NCBI GenBank assembly: GCA_963841415.1
Contig: CAWJCN010000001.1
Coordinates: forward strand, 1,379,334-1,443,333
Direction of reading: 5' to 3'
DNA: 64,000 bases
From: an uncultured Actinomycetes bacterium
GTDB lineage: Bacteria > Actinomycetota > Acidimicrobiia > IMCC26256 > DASPTH01
Both the position numbers and the translations under genes were made by a program. The notes beneath the pieces are model-generated. The model had not been told where the DNA came from and searched no databases. It saw only the letters and a list, made by a program, of their open reading frames with translations. This document shows positions 44,647-54,305 of this stretch, one piece after another. Within the stretch, counting starts at the first letter, position 1. Each line of letters opens with the position of its first letter.

Positions 44647-45552
44647 GTGCCCGCTTCGCAGCCCGTCCTCATCGAAGCCGCCATCAACGGTGGCACCACC
44701 AAGGCGCGCAACCCCAACGTGCCGCTGACGCCGGAGGAGATCCGCAAGGACGCGCTCGGCTGCTTCGACGTCGGAGCGACCATCGTGCACGCTCACAACC
44801 ACGACATCCGCCTCAGTGGCGAGGAGGCCGCGCGCGCCTACCTCGACGCGTGGGAACCGCTGCTCGCCGAGCGTCCCGACGTGCTGTGGTACCCGACGCT
44901 GTGCGTCGCGCCCGGCCCACGCGAGAAGCTCGAGCACGTACGCCTCATCGGCGAGCGGGTGCCGGTGCGGATGGCCGCGGTCGATCCCGGATCGACCAAC
45001 CTCGGGTCCCCGGGCGACGACGGCCTCCCCGAGGGTGGCGTGTACGCGAACTCGTACGCCGACATCCGCGAGGCGTTCGCGCTGTGCGAGGAGCACGGCT
45101 GGGGCCCGCAGCTCGCGATCTACGAACCCGGCTTCCTCCAGTGCGTGCTCACCTACCAGCGCGCCGGCCGCCTCCCCGCCGGGTCCATGGTGAAGCTCTA
45201 CTTCGGCGGCGAGTGGGGGATGTGGGCGCGGGCGCGGGGCGTCACGTTCGGGTTGCCACCGACGGCCAACGCGCTCCTCGCCTACCTCGACATGCTGGAA
45301 GGCTCCGCGCTGCCGTGGTCGGTGTCGGTGTGGGGGGGCGACCTGATGGCCACCCCGGTTGCCCGACTGGCGCTCGAGCGCGGCGGGCACCTGCACGTCG
45401 GGTTGGAGGAGCACTACGACCCCGACCACTCCCCCACCAACGTCGAGCTCGTCGAGCACGCGGTCGCGTTGGCCCACTCGGTGGGGCGGCCGATCGCGAC
45501 GACCGGCGAGGCGATCGAGATCCTCGGGCTGCCGGTCGTCGCCGCTCGCTGA
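44647..45552 (+). CDS. 3-keto-5-aminohexanoate cleavage enzyme (BKACE/DUF849) family protein
   Basis: PVLIEAAINGGTTKARNPNVPLTPEEIRKDALGCFDVGATIVHAH. Start at GTG 44647 is preferred over 44599. Confidence 0.8.
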   Translation: MPASQPVLIEAAINGGTTKARNPNVPLTPEEIRKDALGCFDVGATIVHAHNHDIRLSGEEAARAYLDAWEPLLAERPDVLWYPTLCVAPGPREKLEHVRLIGERVPVRMAAVDPGSTNLGSPGDDGLPEGGVYANSYADIREAFALCEEHGWGPQLAIYEPGFLQCVLTYQRAGRLPAGSMVKLYFGGEWGMWARARGVTFGLPPTANALLAYLDMLEGSALPWSVSVWGGDLMATPVARLALERGGHLHVGLEEHYDPDHSPTNVELVEHAVALAHSVGRPIATTGEAIEILGLPVVAAR

Positions 45553-45579
45553 GGCGCGTCGGCGCGCGCGGGGCGACTA

Positions 45580-46404
45580 CTAGTGCTCGGCGCGGTCGAG
45601 GTCGGCTGTCGGATCGTGCGTCAGGTCGGCGCGGCGGAACGCAGTGGTGTCGGGGAGCGCGAGATGCACGTCGGACTCCTCCTCCACCCGCACGCGGAGC
45701 CGCCGTCCCGCGCAACCGAGCACGTGACCGCCTGCGGTGCGCGCGTCGTCGACGAAGTGGAGGTGGTAGCCGGCCACCTCCACGCCCGACGCGTACGGAG
45801 GCGACCAGAAGCCGACCATCGTGCCGTCGACCGGACCGAGCTCGAACTCGACCTGGTGTTCGGTCGCGACCGCGAGTGGCACACCGGGCGCGGTGCGGCA
45901 CGCGGCGCGCACGTGCACCGCGTCGAAGCGGCCGTCGACCCTCACCGCGAAGAACACGTTGGCGGAGTCGCGCAGGCCGTCGACGGCCGCGGTGAGCGTG
46001 GCGAGGTCGTCGACCTCGTCGAGCACGACGGTGTCGGGGTCACCGAAGCGGGTGACCACCGCGAACGGCGTGGTCGCGTCGTCGGGCACCTCGTGCACCT
46101 CGCCGCGGGACGACACGCGGAACACGTGGCCGTCGAGCACCACCATCTCGCCGTCGAGATCCCCGAAGGTGCCGAGCCCGAAGTCGCCGTGCTCGCGCAC
46201 CAGCCCCACCGACACCGCGCCTTGGTAGACGCCCTCGACCAACGCCCCCGCCGTCGACACCTGGTACATCGTGTGGTGCTCGACGCCGAGGTACTCGGCC
46301 AACGCGCGCTCCACGAGGTGGTCGATCGGCGCCCCGCTGCTCCGGACGAGCTCGTCGAGCGCGGCGAGCACGTGGGAGTCCACACGGGCGCGCAGCTCGG
46401 GCAT
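45580..46404 (-). CDS. budA: alpha-acetolactate decarboxylase with an N-terminal ~45-aa ribbon-helix-helix-like extension
   Basis: The AlsD core runs from MYQVSTAGALVEGVYQG...HGDFGLGTFGDLDGEMVVLDG to ...GYHLHFVDD. The N-terminus reads MPELRARVDSHVLAALDELVRSSGAPIDHLVERALAEYLG. Start at cat 46402-46404. Confidence 0.85.
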   Translation of the reverse strand: MPELRARVDSHVLAALDELVRSSGAPIDHLVERALAEYLGVEHHTMYQVSTAGALVEGVYQGAVSVGLVREHGDFGLGTFGDLDGEMVVLDGHVFRVSSRGEVHEVPDDATTPFAVVTRFGDPDTVVLDEVDDLATLTAAVDGLRDSANVFFAVRVDGRFDAVHVRAACRTAPGVPLAVATEHQVEFELGPVDGTMVGFWSPPYASGVEVAGYHLHFVDDARTAGGHVLGCAGRRLRVRVEEESDVHLALPDTTAFRRADLTHDPTADLDRAEH

Positions 46405-46500
46405 CCGGGCACGGTACCGGTTCCGCGGATCTCCGGGAACCAGATGCGCGTCGCGCTCGTCTGAACCTCCCGCACGCAACTCATCGAGGGAGGGAACCTC

Positions 46501-47519
46501 ATGCGTCGAGTCCTCTGCTTCGTCGCGCTCGCACTCGTCCCGGTGGCGCTGGCCGCCGGACCCGCCGCGGCCTGCGGCGGCCTGGTCGGCGAGAACGGCA
46601 CCATCCAGCTCACCCGCACGAGCACGCTCGCCGCCTATCACGACGGTGTCGAGCGCTACGTGACCAGCTTCGAGTTCAGCGGCACCGGCGAGGCGGTGGG
46701 CTCGATCGTGCCGCTGCCCGGCATCCCCACCAAGGTGGAGCGCGGCGGCGACTGGACGCTGCAGCGGCTCGAGCGCGAGGTCGCACCGCCCGTTCCGGCC
46801 ACTGCGTTCGCGCAGTCCTCGGCGTCGGGTGCCGCCGCGCCCGCCGAGGTGCTCCAACAGACCCAGGTCGACGCGCTCGACATCACCATCCTGCGCGGCG
46901 GCGGCGACGCCGTGGGCAAGTGGGCCATCGACCACGGCTTCCTGCTCACCCCCGACGCGCCCGCGGTGCTCGACTTCTACTCGCACCGCTCGAAGATCTT
47001 CATGGCGGCACGCTTCGACGCGTCTCGCGCCGCGGCGCTCGGCCAGACCTCGGGCGACGGCACGCCGATCATGTTGACCATCCCGACCGACGAGCCCTGG
47101 GTGCCGCTGCGCATCCTCTCCCTCGGCCTCGACGCGTCGCGGTTCGTGAACGCGGACGTGTTCCTGCTCACCGACACGCGCCCGAACGTGCTCGCGGTCG
47201 ACACCGGTGTCTCGACCGAGCGCAGTGAGCAGGCGTCGTCGCAGCTGCTCGACGACCTGCGCTCCGACCAGCACATGGGCTGGGTGCCCGACTCGATGTG
47301 GTTCAGCTACCTCGCGGTCTCGACCCCCGCCGGCCAACTGCGCCACGACCTCGCGGTGTCGACGCACGCGGACACGTTGCCGTCGGCGCGCATGGCCGGC
47401 TTCTCGGTGCCCGCGTCCCCCGCGGTGGCGAGACGTGGTGGGTGCCGCTCCTGTTGATCGGCGTGCCGCTCGTGGTGGTGGCGGGCGGCACCGTGCTGGC
47501 GCGGCGAAGCGCGTCATGA
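46501..47519 (+). CDS. DUF2330-like secreted/membrane-anchored protein, C-terminal frameshift as assembled
   Basis: Signal peptide followed by CGG. The assembled frame ends ...ARRGGCRSC at 47457. The adjacent frame encodes a TM anchor ETWWVPLLLIGVPLVVVAGGTVLARR, ending at TGA 47517-47519, which overlaps the next gene's ATG. A C5 run at 47418-47422 is the likely switch point. Confidence 0.7.
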
Positions 47520-47998
47520 GAGGACGGGTGCGGGGCCACCGGCTGGCGGTCGGGGCTGCGCTCGCCGTCGTCGCGGCGCTCGGCGTCGGCGGCGTGGTGC
47601 TCGCCACCGCCGGCGCCGGCAGTCCCGCGGCCGACGACGGAATCCTCGGGCCGGGGCGGGTCACGGTCACCATCCGCATCGACCACAGCCACTTCGAGAC
47701 CGCGCCGATCCGGGTGCGACCGCACACCGAGGTGCGCTTCGTGGTGGTGAACCGTGACCCCATCGGCCACGAGCTCATCGTCGGCGGGCCCGACGTGCAG
47801 GCACGCCACGAGGCCGGCCACGAGGCCTACCACCCACCCAAGCCCGGTGAGGTGTCGGTGCCGGCCCAGGGGCGCGCGTCCACCACGTACTCGTTCCACG
47901 CGCCGGGACCGGTGGAGTACGCGTGCCATCTCCCCGGCCACTACCAGTACGGCATGCACGGGATCGTGGAGGTCGTCGCCGACGAGCCGGCGCGCTGA
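47516..47998 (+). CDS. cupredoxin (plastocyanin/azurin-like) copper-binding protein, membrane or signal anchored
   Basis: The type-1 copper ligand pattern is ...GHELIV... and CHLPGHYQYGMHG (Cys-His-Met). The N-terminus has a hydrophobic segment. Confidence 0.8.
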   Translation: MRGRVRGHRLAVGAALAVVAALGVGGVVLATAGAGSPAADDGILGPGRVTVTIRIDHSHFETAPIRVRPHTEVRFVVVNRDPIGHELIVGGPDVQARHEAGHEAYHPPKPGEVSVPAQGRASTTYSFHAPGPVEYACHLPGHYQYGMHGIVEVVADEPAR

Positions 47999-48004
47999 GC
48001 CGGT

Positions 48005-48445
48005 GTGCCAGACTCCGCGGCCATGGAACTCCACCTCTTCGGCACGCTCACCATCGTCACCGACCCGGACGGCCTCTTCATGCTCGGCACCACCTCGGCG
48101 GGGCGGCGCATCATCCAGGAGCTGAAGGCGGTCGAGCTCAGCGGGCGCGTCCAAGGCACGATGACGGGCAAGGCGGCGGCGGACTGGCTCACCGTCGACG
48201 CCGACGGCAACGTCACCCTCGACATCCGCGTGGTCATCACCACCGACGACGGTGCGCAGGTGTACGTGCACCTCGACGGCCGAGCGCGCTGGCCCGAGCG
48301 CCTCGGCGACGGCCCGATCTACTCGCGTGCCACGCTCGAGTCGGGCGACGAGCGCTACGAGTGGGTCAACCACCTGCCGCTGGTGTCGAAGGGAGCCGTG
48401 GCTCCGGGCGGCGGCGTCGCCCACGAACTGTTCGAGCTCGCCTGA
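48005..48445 (+). CDS. DUF3237-like family protein
   Basis: The ~140-aa beta-rich pattern LFGTLTIVTDP...GKAAADWLTVDADGNVTLDIRVVITTDDGA fits my recollection of DUF3237. ATG 48023 is an alternative start. Confidence 0.65.
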   Translation: MPDSAAMELHLFGTLTIVTDPDGLFMLGTTSAGRRIIQELKAVELSGRVQGTMTGKAAADWLTVDADGNVTLDIRVVITTDDGAQVYVHLDGRARWPERLGDGPIYSRATLESGDERYEWVNHLPLVSKGAVAPGGGVAHELFELA

Positions 48446-48537
48446 CATATCCCCGTCGCTCGCCTCCGCTCACTCCGTCACGAAGGGCGAGCCGGGCGGA
48501 GCCCGCTCTCGCCCTGACACATCCCCGTCGCTCGCCT
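48441..48537. repeat. 25-bp direct repeat pair flanking a 47-bp GC hairpin segment
   Basis: CCTGACATATCCCCGTCGCTCGCCT (48441-48465) and CCTGACACATCCCCGTCGCTCGCCT (48513-48537) differ at one position. An inner inverted repeat GGGCGAG (48485-48491) / CTCGCCC (48508-48514) lies between them. Confidence 0.9.
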
Positions 48538-49606
48538 ACGCGAACCGGTTCCACCACCGCGAGGTCGCGACCGCACCGATCGCGAGCAACGCACCCAGCG
48601 CGACGAAGTACACCGTCAGCTCGTGGACCTCGCGCACGGCCACGACCCGCTTCGGGAGCTCGCGGAACGCTCGTTGCAGTTGCTCGGCACCTGCCGCACG
48701 GGCGTACGAACCGCCCGTCGTCCGCGCGATCGCCCGCAAGGTGTGCTCGTCCAGCTGCAGGAAGTTCGCCACTTGCGGACTCGAGAAGTCGGGAACGAAG
48801 CCGCCGACGCCCCCCGGCCCGAGCGTGTCACCGCCGAACTGCTCGGCGGTGCACACCAGCGCGCTGGGTCTCGTCGACCCGAAGCCGATCGTGAAGACGC
48901 GCAGTCGGCGATCGGCCGCCTGTCTCGCCGCGTCGAGCGGGTCGACCCCGGTGGTGGCGGCTCCATCCGTGAGCACCACGATCACGTCGGGCAGGTACTT
49001 GCTCGCGAAGCGGTCGCGCCGCTTGTCGGCGGCCGCCAGCTTCACGGTGCTCGGTGCGATGTCGTGATTGACACGGGACAGCGCGTCGATCGACGAGAGC
49101 ATGCCGTTGCCGATGGCGGTGCCGACCGCGGTGGTGAGACCGTTGATCGCGTCGTGCAGCCGATCACGGTCGCTGGTGGGTGGGACGAGGATCTGAGAGC
49201 TGCGCGCGAACACGACGATTCCCATCCGGGTGCCGCCCGGTTGGTCGTCGATGAACCGACGCGCCGCTTCGACCGCGGCGGTGAGACGGTTCGGCTTGAC
49301 GTCGGTCGAGCACATCGAACGCGACACGTCGATCGTGAGCATGATCGACGTGTCGCTGCGCGACGTCGTCACCAGCGCTTGCGGTCGCGCGGTGCCCAGG
49401 ACGAGCACCACGATCGCGGCGAGGAGCAACCCGGCCGGTACCAGACGTCGCCAGCGCGACCGCTCGGGCATCGCCGGGCGGATGAGCGACAGGCTCGCGT
49501 AGGTCACCGCGTATTTGCGGCGCCGGCGGCGCAACCAGAACGCCGCCGCGACGATCACCAGCGGTACGACGAGCCCGAGCAACGCGAGGGGCCACAACAG
49601 GCGCAT
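48536..49606 (-). CDS. VWA domain-containing membrane protein (BatB-like)
   Basis: N-terminal TM helices and the MIDAS motif DVSRSM, followed by TAIG. Confidence 0.85.
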   Translation of the reverse strand: MRLLWPLALLGLVVPLVIVAAAFWLRRRRRKYAVTYASLSLIRPAMPERSRWRRLVPAGLLLAAIVVLVLGTARPQALVTTSRSDTSIMLTIDVSRSMCSTDVKPNRLTAAVEAARRFIDDQPGGTRMGIVVFARSSQILVPPTSDRDRLHDAINGLTTAVGTAIGNGMLSSIDALSRVNHDIAPSTVKLAAADKRRDRFASKYLPDVIVVLTDGAATTGVDPLDAARQAADRRLRVFTIGFGSTRPSALVCTAEQFGGDTLGPGGVGGFVPDFSSPQVANFLQLDEHTLRAIARTTGGSYARAAGAEQLQRAFRELPKRVVAVREVHELTVYFVALGALLAIGAVATSRWWNRFA

Positions 49607-49607
49607 G

Positions 49608-50597
49608 TCAGATCACCCGCCCGTACCAGCGCATCGACAGCGCGGCCGCGACCAGGAACAGGAGCACACCCGCGCCGGCGAAGATGGCGGTGATCTCCGT
49701 GTTGCGTTCCGCGACGGTGAGCTTCAGGTCGATGGTGTCGTACACGCGGCGCAACGACGCGGCGTCGCTCGCCGCGTAGTAGGTGCCCCCACTGCGGCGG
49801 GCCACACCGCGCAGCAGGTTGGCGTCGAGCGCGGTCGCCACCTGGAACCCATTGATGTCCACGACCGCACCGTTGGGACTTCCGAGACCGATCGGGAAGA
49901 TGCGCACGCCGGCCTGTGCCGCGACCGGAGCCAACGCCAGCGGGTCGAGGTCGGCGGTGTTGTCACCGTCGGACAAGAGCACGATGGCGGCCGAACCGAG
50001 GAAGCGGACGTCCGGTTGGCGAGCGCCCCGCTCGAGGGCGGCGCGGTCGAGCGTGAGCGTCTTGCCCGCGACCGCGCCCAGCGACGTGAGGATCCCGCGC
50101 CCGAGCGCGGTGCCGCCGCTCGCCTTCAGCCGGTTCACCGCCGCGAGCACGTCACGGCGGGAGCGCGTGGGCGGCTGGACCACGAACCCGGCGTCGCTGA
50201 ACGCGACCACGCCGATGCGGATGCTCGACGGCTGGGCGGCGACGAACCCACGCGCCGCGCGTTTGGCGGCCGCCATGCGCGTCGGCGCCAGATCCTTCGC
50301 CTTCATGCTCGACGACACGTCGAACGCGAGGATCACGGTGCCCTGCCGTTGCGGCAGTGCGATCGTCGCCTCCGGACGCGCCATTCCGATCATCAGGACG
50401 ACCACACCGAAGAGGAACACGGCCGGGGCGACGTGACGGCGCCAGCCCAGTGCCGCGCCCGTGCGCGTGGACGAGCGCGACATCGTGCCGAGCTCCTCGT
50501 CGCTCACCGTCCGGCGACGGACGATCCCCCGATACCCCGCGACCAGCACGGGCACGAGGAGCAGCAGCAGGAAGGCGTCGGGCGCGAGGAACGTCAC
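49608..50597 (-). CDS. VWA domain-containing membrane protein (BatA-like)
   Basis: N-terminal TM helices, the MIDAS motif DVSSSM, and a C-terminal TM helix. Confidence 0.85.
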   Translation of the reverse strand: MTFLAPDAFLLLLLVPVLVAGYRGIVRRRTVSDEELGTMSRSSTRTGAALGWRRHVAPAVFLFGVVVLMIGMARPEATIALPQRQGTVILAFDVSSSMKAKDLAPTRMAAAKRAARGFVAAQPSSIRIGVVAFSDAGFVVQPPTRSRRDVLAAVNRLKASGGTALGRGILTSLGAVAGKTLTLDRAALERGARQPDVRFLGSAAIVLLSDGDNTADLDPLALAPVAAQAGVRIFPIGLGSPNGAVVDINGFQVATALDANLLRGVARRSGGTYYAASDAASLRRVYDTIDLKLTVAERNTEITAIFAGAGVLLFLVAAALSMRWYGRVI

Positions 50598-51461
50598 CGA
50601 TGGCCTCGTCGCTTCCGCGCGCGCACCATCCGGAGCAGCACGCGGACGATGTCGTCGTCGGTGGACACGTCGTAGAGATCGACGCCGGCGCGGAGAATGG
50701 CCGTGCGCAGCTGCTCCTCGCGCGCCGCGGTGGCGGCCTCGAAGCGCCGACGGAAGCCCGGATCGCTCGTGTCGACGAGCAGCTGCTCGCCGGTTTCGGC
50801 GTCACGCAGCACGACCACGCCGGCATCCACCAGACCGACCTCGCGCGCGTCCCACAGGCGGACCGCCACGACCTCGTGACGCTGGGCGAGCAGTCCCAGC
50901 GCGCGCCCCCAACCGGGCTCGCTGATGAAGTCGGAGAGCACGAACACCAGGCACCGGCGGCGGATCGTGCGGAAGCCGGCCCGGAAGAGTCCCTCGAGCG
51001 CGGTAGCTGTCCCGGCGTCGGTGGGCGGACGCAACAGATCGCGCGTCAACCGCAAGACCTGCCGTCGTCCACCGCGTGGTTCCACGACGCGCTCGACCGC
51101 GTTGTCGTAGAGCACGGCGCCCACGCGGTTGCCGTCGCGCGTCAGGAGCCGGCCGAGCGTCGCGGCCAACTCGACGAGCACGACTTCCTTGGTCCGATCG
51201 ACATGACCGAAACGCATCGACGAGGAACGGTCGAGGAGCAGCCAGGCGGTGAGCTCGCGGTCGTCGATGTACTGGCGGACATGCGGGACGTCGAGACGCG
51301 CGGTCACGTTCCAGTCGATGTAGCGAACGTCGTCCTGCGCCTGGTATTCGCGCAGGTCGGCGAAGTCGGTCCCCGATCCGTAGAAGAGCGCGCGGTGGTC
51401 GCCCTGCAGGAGGCCGTCGAGCCGACGGATGACCTGCCAGTCGAGCCGCTGGAGCAGGCGC

Positions 51462-52487
<1,026 letters not shown>

Positions 52488-52543
52488 CGGTCTGCACCCT
52501 CCTGCGCTCGATGTCCTGGGTTCCGTGACTCGGCCGCGTCCGA

Positions 52544-53452
52544 TCAGCTCGGCGGGATGTTGGCGCCGCCGCCCCCGCCGGCGATGGGCACGGCGAAGCC
52601 GATGCCCACGAAGAACCGTTGACCGCTCGGGTTGGCGAGTGCGGTGACGATGCCGACCACGTGACCCTGGCGGTTGAGCAGTGGACCGCCGGAGCTGCCG
52701 GGGTTGACCGCGGCGTCGAACTGGATGAGACCGGTGAGCTCACCACCACCGTCCTCGCGCCCGATCGACCGGTCGAGGCCGGAGACGACACCCGCGGTCA
52801 GGGAGTCGGCAAGCCCGAGCGGGTTGCCCACCGAGAACGTGTCGTCGCCGATCCGCACGCCGCCGCCGAGCACGGCCGGCACGACCACGGTCGGCAGCTG
52901 TTCGGGTTGCAACACGGCGGTGTCGCGCTCGGGTTGGGATGACACCACGCTCGCGGGGCTGCGGGTGCCGTCGGCGAACGTCACCTCGATCGAGCTCGCA
53001 CCCGTGATGACGTGATCCGCGGTCATGACCTGACCGTCGTCGTTCACGATCACGCCGCTGCCCAGCACCATGTCGCCGCCCTGCACGCTGCGGACCAGCA
53101 CGAGCGAGGGTTGGATCGTGCGGTACACCTTGGACGCGATCGCCGGTGCGACGGTGCTCGTGGTCGGTCCCGACGTCGACGGTGTTGCCCGCTCGGAATC
53201 GGACGTACCCGTGCGATCGATCAGCGCGTACGCGCCCAGCGCCACGACCGCACCCATGAGCGCCCACATCAGCGGCGGCCACCTGCGGCGATCCGATCGA
53301 GCGGCACGAGGCACCGGGCGCCTCCCCGAAGGCCGGTGGCGTCTCCCCTCCACGGTGAACGCCGCGGCCTGTGGTGTGGCTGAGAACACTCCGAGGCTAC
53401 CGGCTTGCCCACCCGTCGAAAGCTCTGGCGCTACCAGAAGTACGTCGAACAT
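52544..53452 (-). CDS. trypsin-like (S1C/HtrA-type, no PDZ) serine protease, membrane anchored
   Basis: The catalytic triad context is TADHVI (His), RDTAVL (Asp) and NPGSSGGPL (Ser). A TM helix MWALMGAVVALGAYALI is present. The start is uncertain (candidates 53452, 53353, 53269). Confidence 0.75.
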   Translation of the reverse strand: MFDVLLVAPELSTGGQAGSLGVFSATPQAAAFTVEGRRHRPSGRRPVPRAARSDRRRWPPLMWALMGAVVALGAYALIDRTGTSDSERATPSTSGPTTSTVAPAIASKVYRTIQPSLVLVRSVQGGDMVLGSGVIVNDDGQVMTADHVITGASSIEVTFADGTRSPASVVSSQPERDTAVLQPEQLPTVVVPAVLGGGVRIGDDTFSVGNPLGLADSLTAGVVSGLDRSIGREDGGGELTGLIQFDAAVNPGSSGGPLLNRQGHVVGIVTALANPSGQRFFVGIGFAVPIAGGGGGANIPPS

Positions 53453-53640
53453 CCGGCCCTGGCCAAGCGAGACGCGCGTCCGGACGGGTCGTTGCGCAAG
53501 TGGGCGCGCCAGTTCTACGACATCGAACCCGGTGAGATCGTCGAAAGAGCGCCGAGGTGAGAAGGCCAGGACGTCGGGCATCCCGGCAAGTGGCGTAGCT
53601 TCGTGCTGGAGCACCGAGGCACCTGAGAAGGGACACCGCG

Positions 53641-53793
53641 ATGAAGACGAGACTCGCTTGCCCGTGTGGCGAGATGATCCGCGGCGACGACGAGGACGAC
53701 CTCGTGGAGAAGGCGTTCGCGCACCTCCGCGAGAAGCACCCGGATCTGGCCGACGAGTACCAGCGCGAGCACATCCTCTTCATGGCGTACTGA
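53641..53793 (+). CDS. small (50-aa) conserved-looking protein, absent from the ORF track (below its size cut-off)
   Basis: ATG is preceded by GAGAAGGGA. The protein reads MKTRLACPCGEMIRGDDEDDLVEKAFAHLREKHPDLADEYQREHILFMAY. There is strong GC3 codon bias, and it resembles small actinobacterial metal-binding proteins I recall (DUF1059-like). Confidence 0.6.
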   Translation: MKTRLACPCGEMIRGDDEDDLVEKAFAHLREKHPDLADEYQREHILFMAY

Positions 53794-53796
53794 TCG

Positions 53797-54231
53797 TCAG
53801 CGGTGCCCGAGGTAGGCGTCGCGCAGCACCCTGATCTCGAGGTCGGCGTCTTCGAGGCAGCTCTTGACGACGTCGCCGATGCTGACGATGCCGCAGAGCC
53901 TCCCGTGGTCGACGACCGGGACGTGACGGACCCGCCCCATCGTCATCTCCACCATGACCTGCCGCACGCGGTCGTCGGGTGCACACGTGCGGGCGGCGTG
54001 GCTCATGACGTCGCGGGTGCGGAGGTCGAGGGCGTCCGCGCCGTGGCGGGCGAGGGCGGCGACCACGTCCGTCTCGGTGATGATGCCGTCGACGCGGACG
54101 CCGTCGGGCGAGACGACGAGCGCGCCGATGTGCTCCAGTCGCATCCGTTCGATCACCCGGCGCACCGTCGAGTCCCGGGGGATCGTCGACACTTCACGAC
54201 CCTTCACCTCGAGGATGTCATCGACCTTCAT
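53797..54231 (-). CDS. CBS domain pair protein
   Basis: Two CBS repeats (…IGALVVSPDGVRVDGIITETDV… and …VRHVPVVDHGRLCGIVSIGDVV…). Confidence 0.85.
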   Translation of the reverse strand: MKVDDILEVKGREVSTIPRDSTVRRVIERMRLEHIGALVVSPDGVRVDGIITETDVVAALARHGADALDLRTRDVMSHAARTCAPDDRVRQVMVEMTMGRVRHVPVVDHGRLCGIVSIGDVVKSCLEDADLEIRVLRDAYLGHR

Positions 54232-54305
54232 CCGACACCTCCGATCGCCACTCGTTTGTCAACCCGCCGACCAATTCTTACGCCTCGTCGGACCTGCGAG
54301 CAGCC

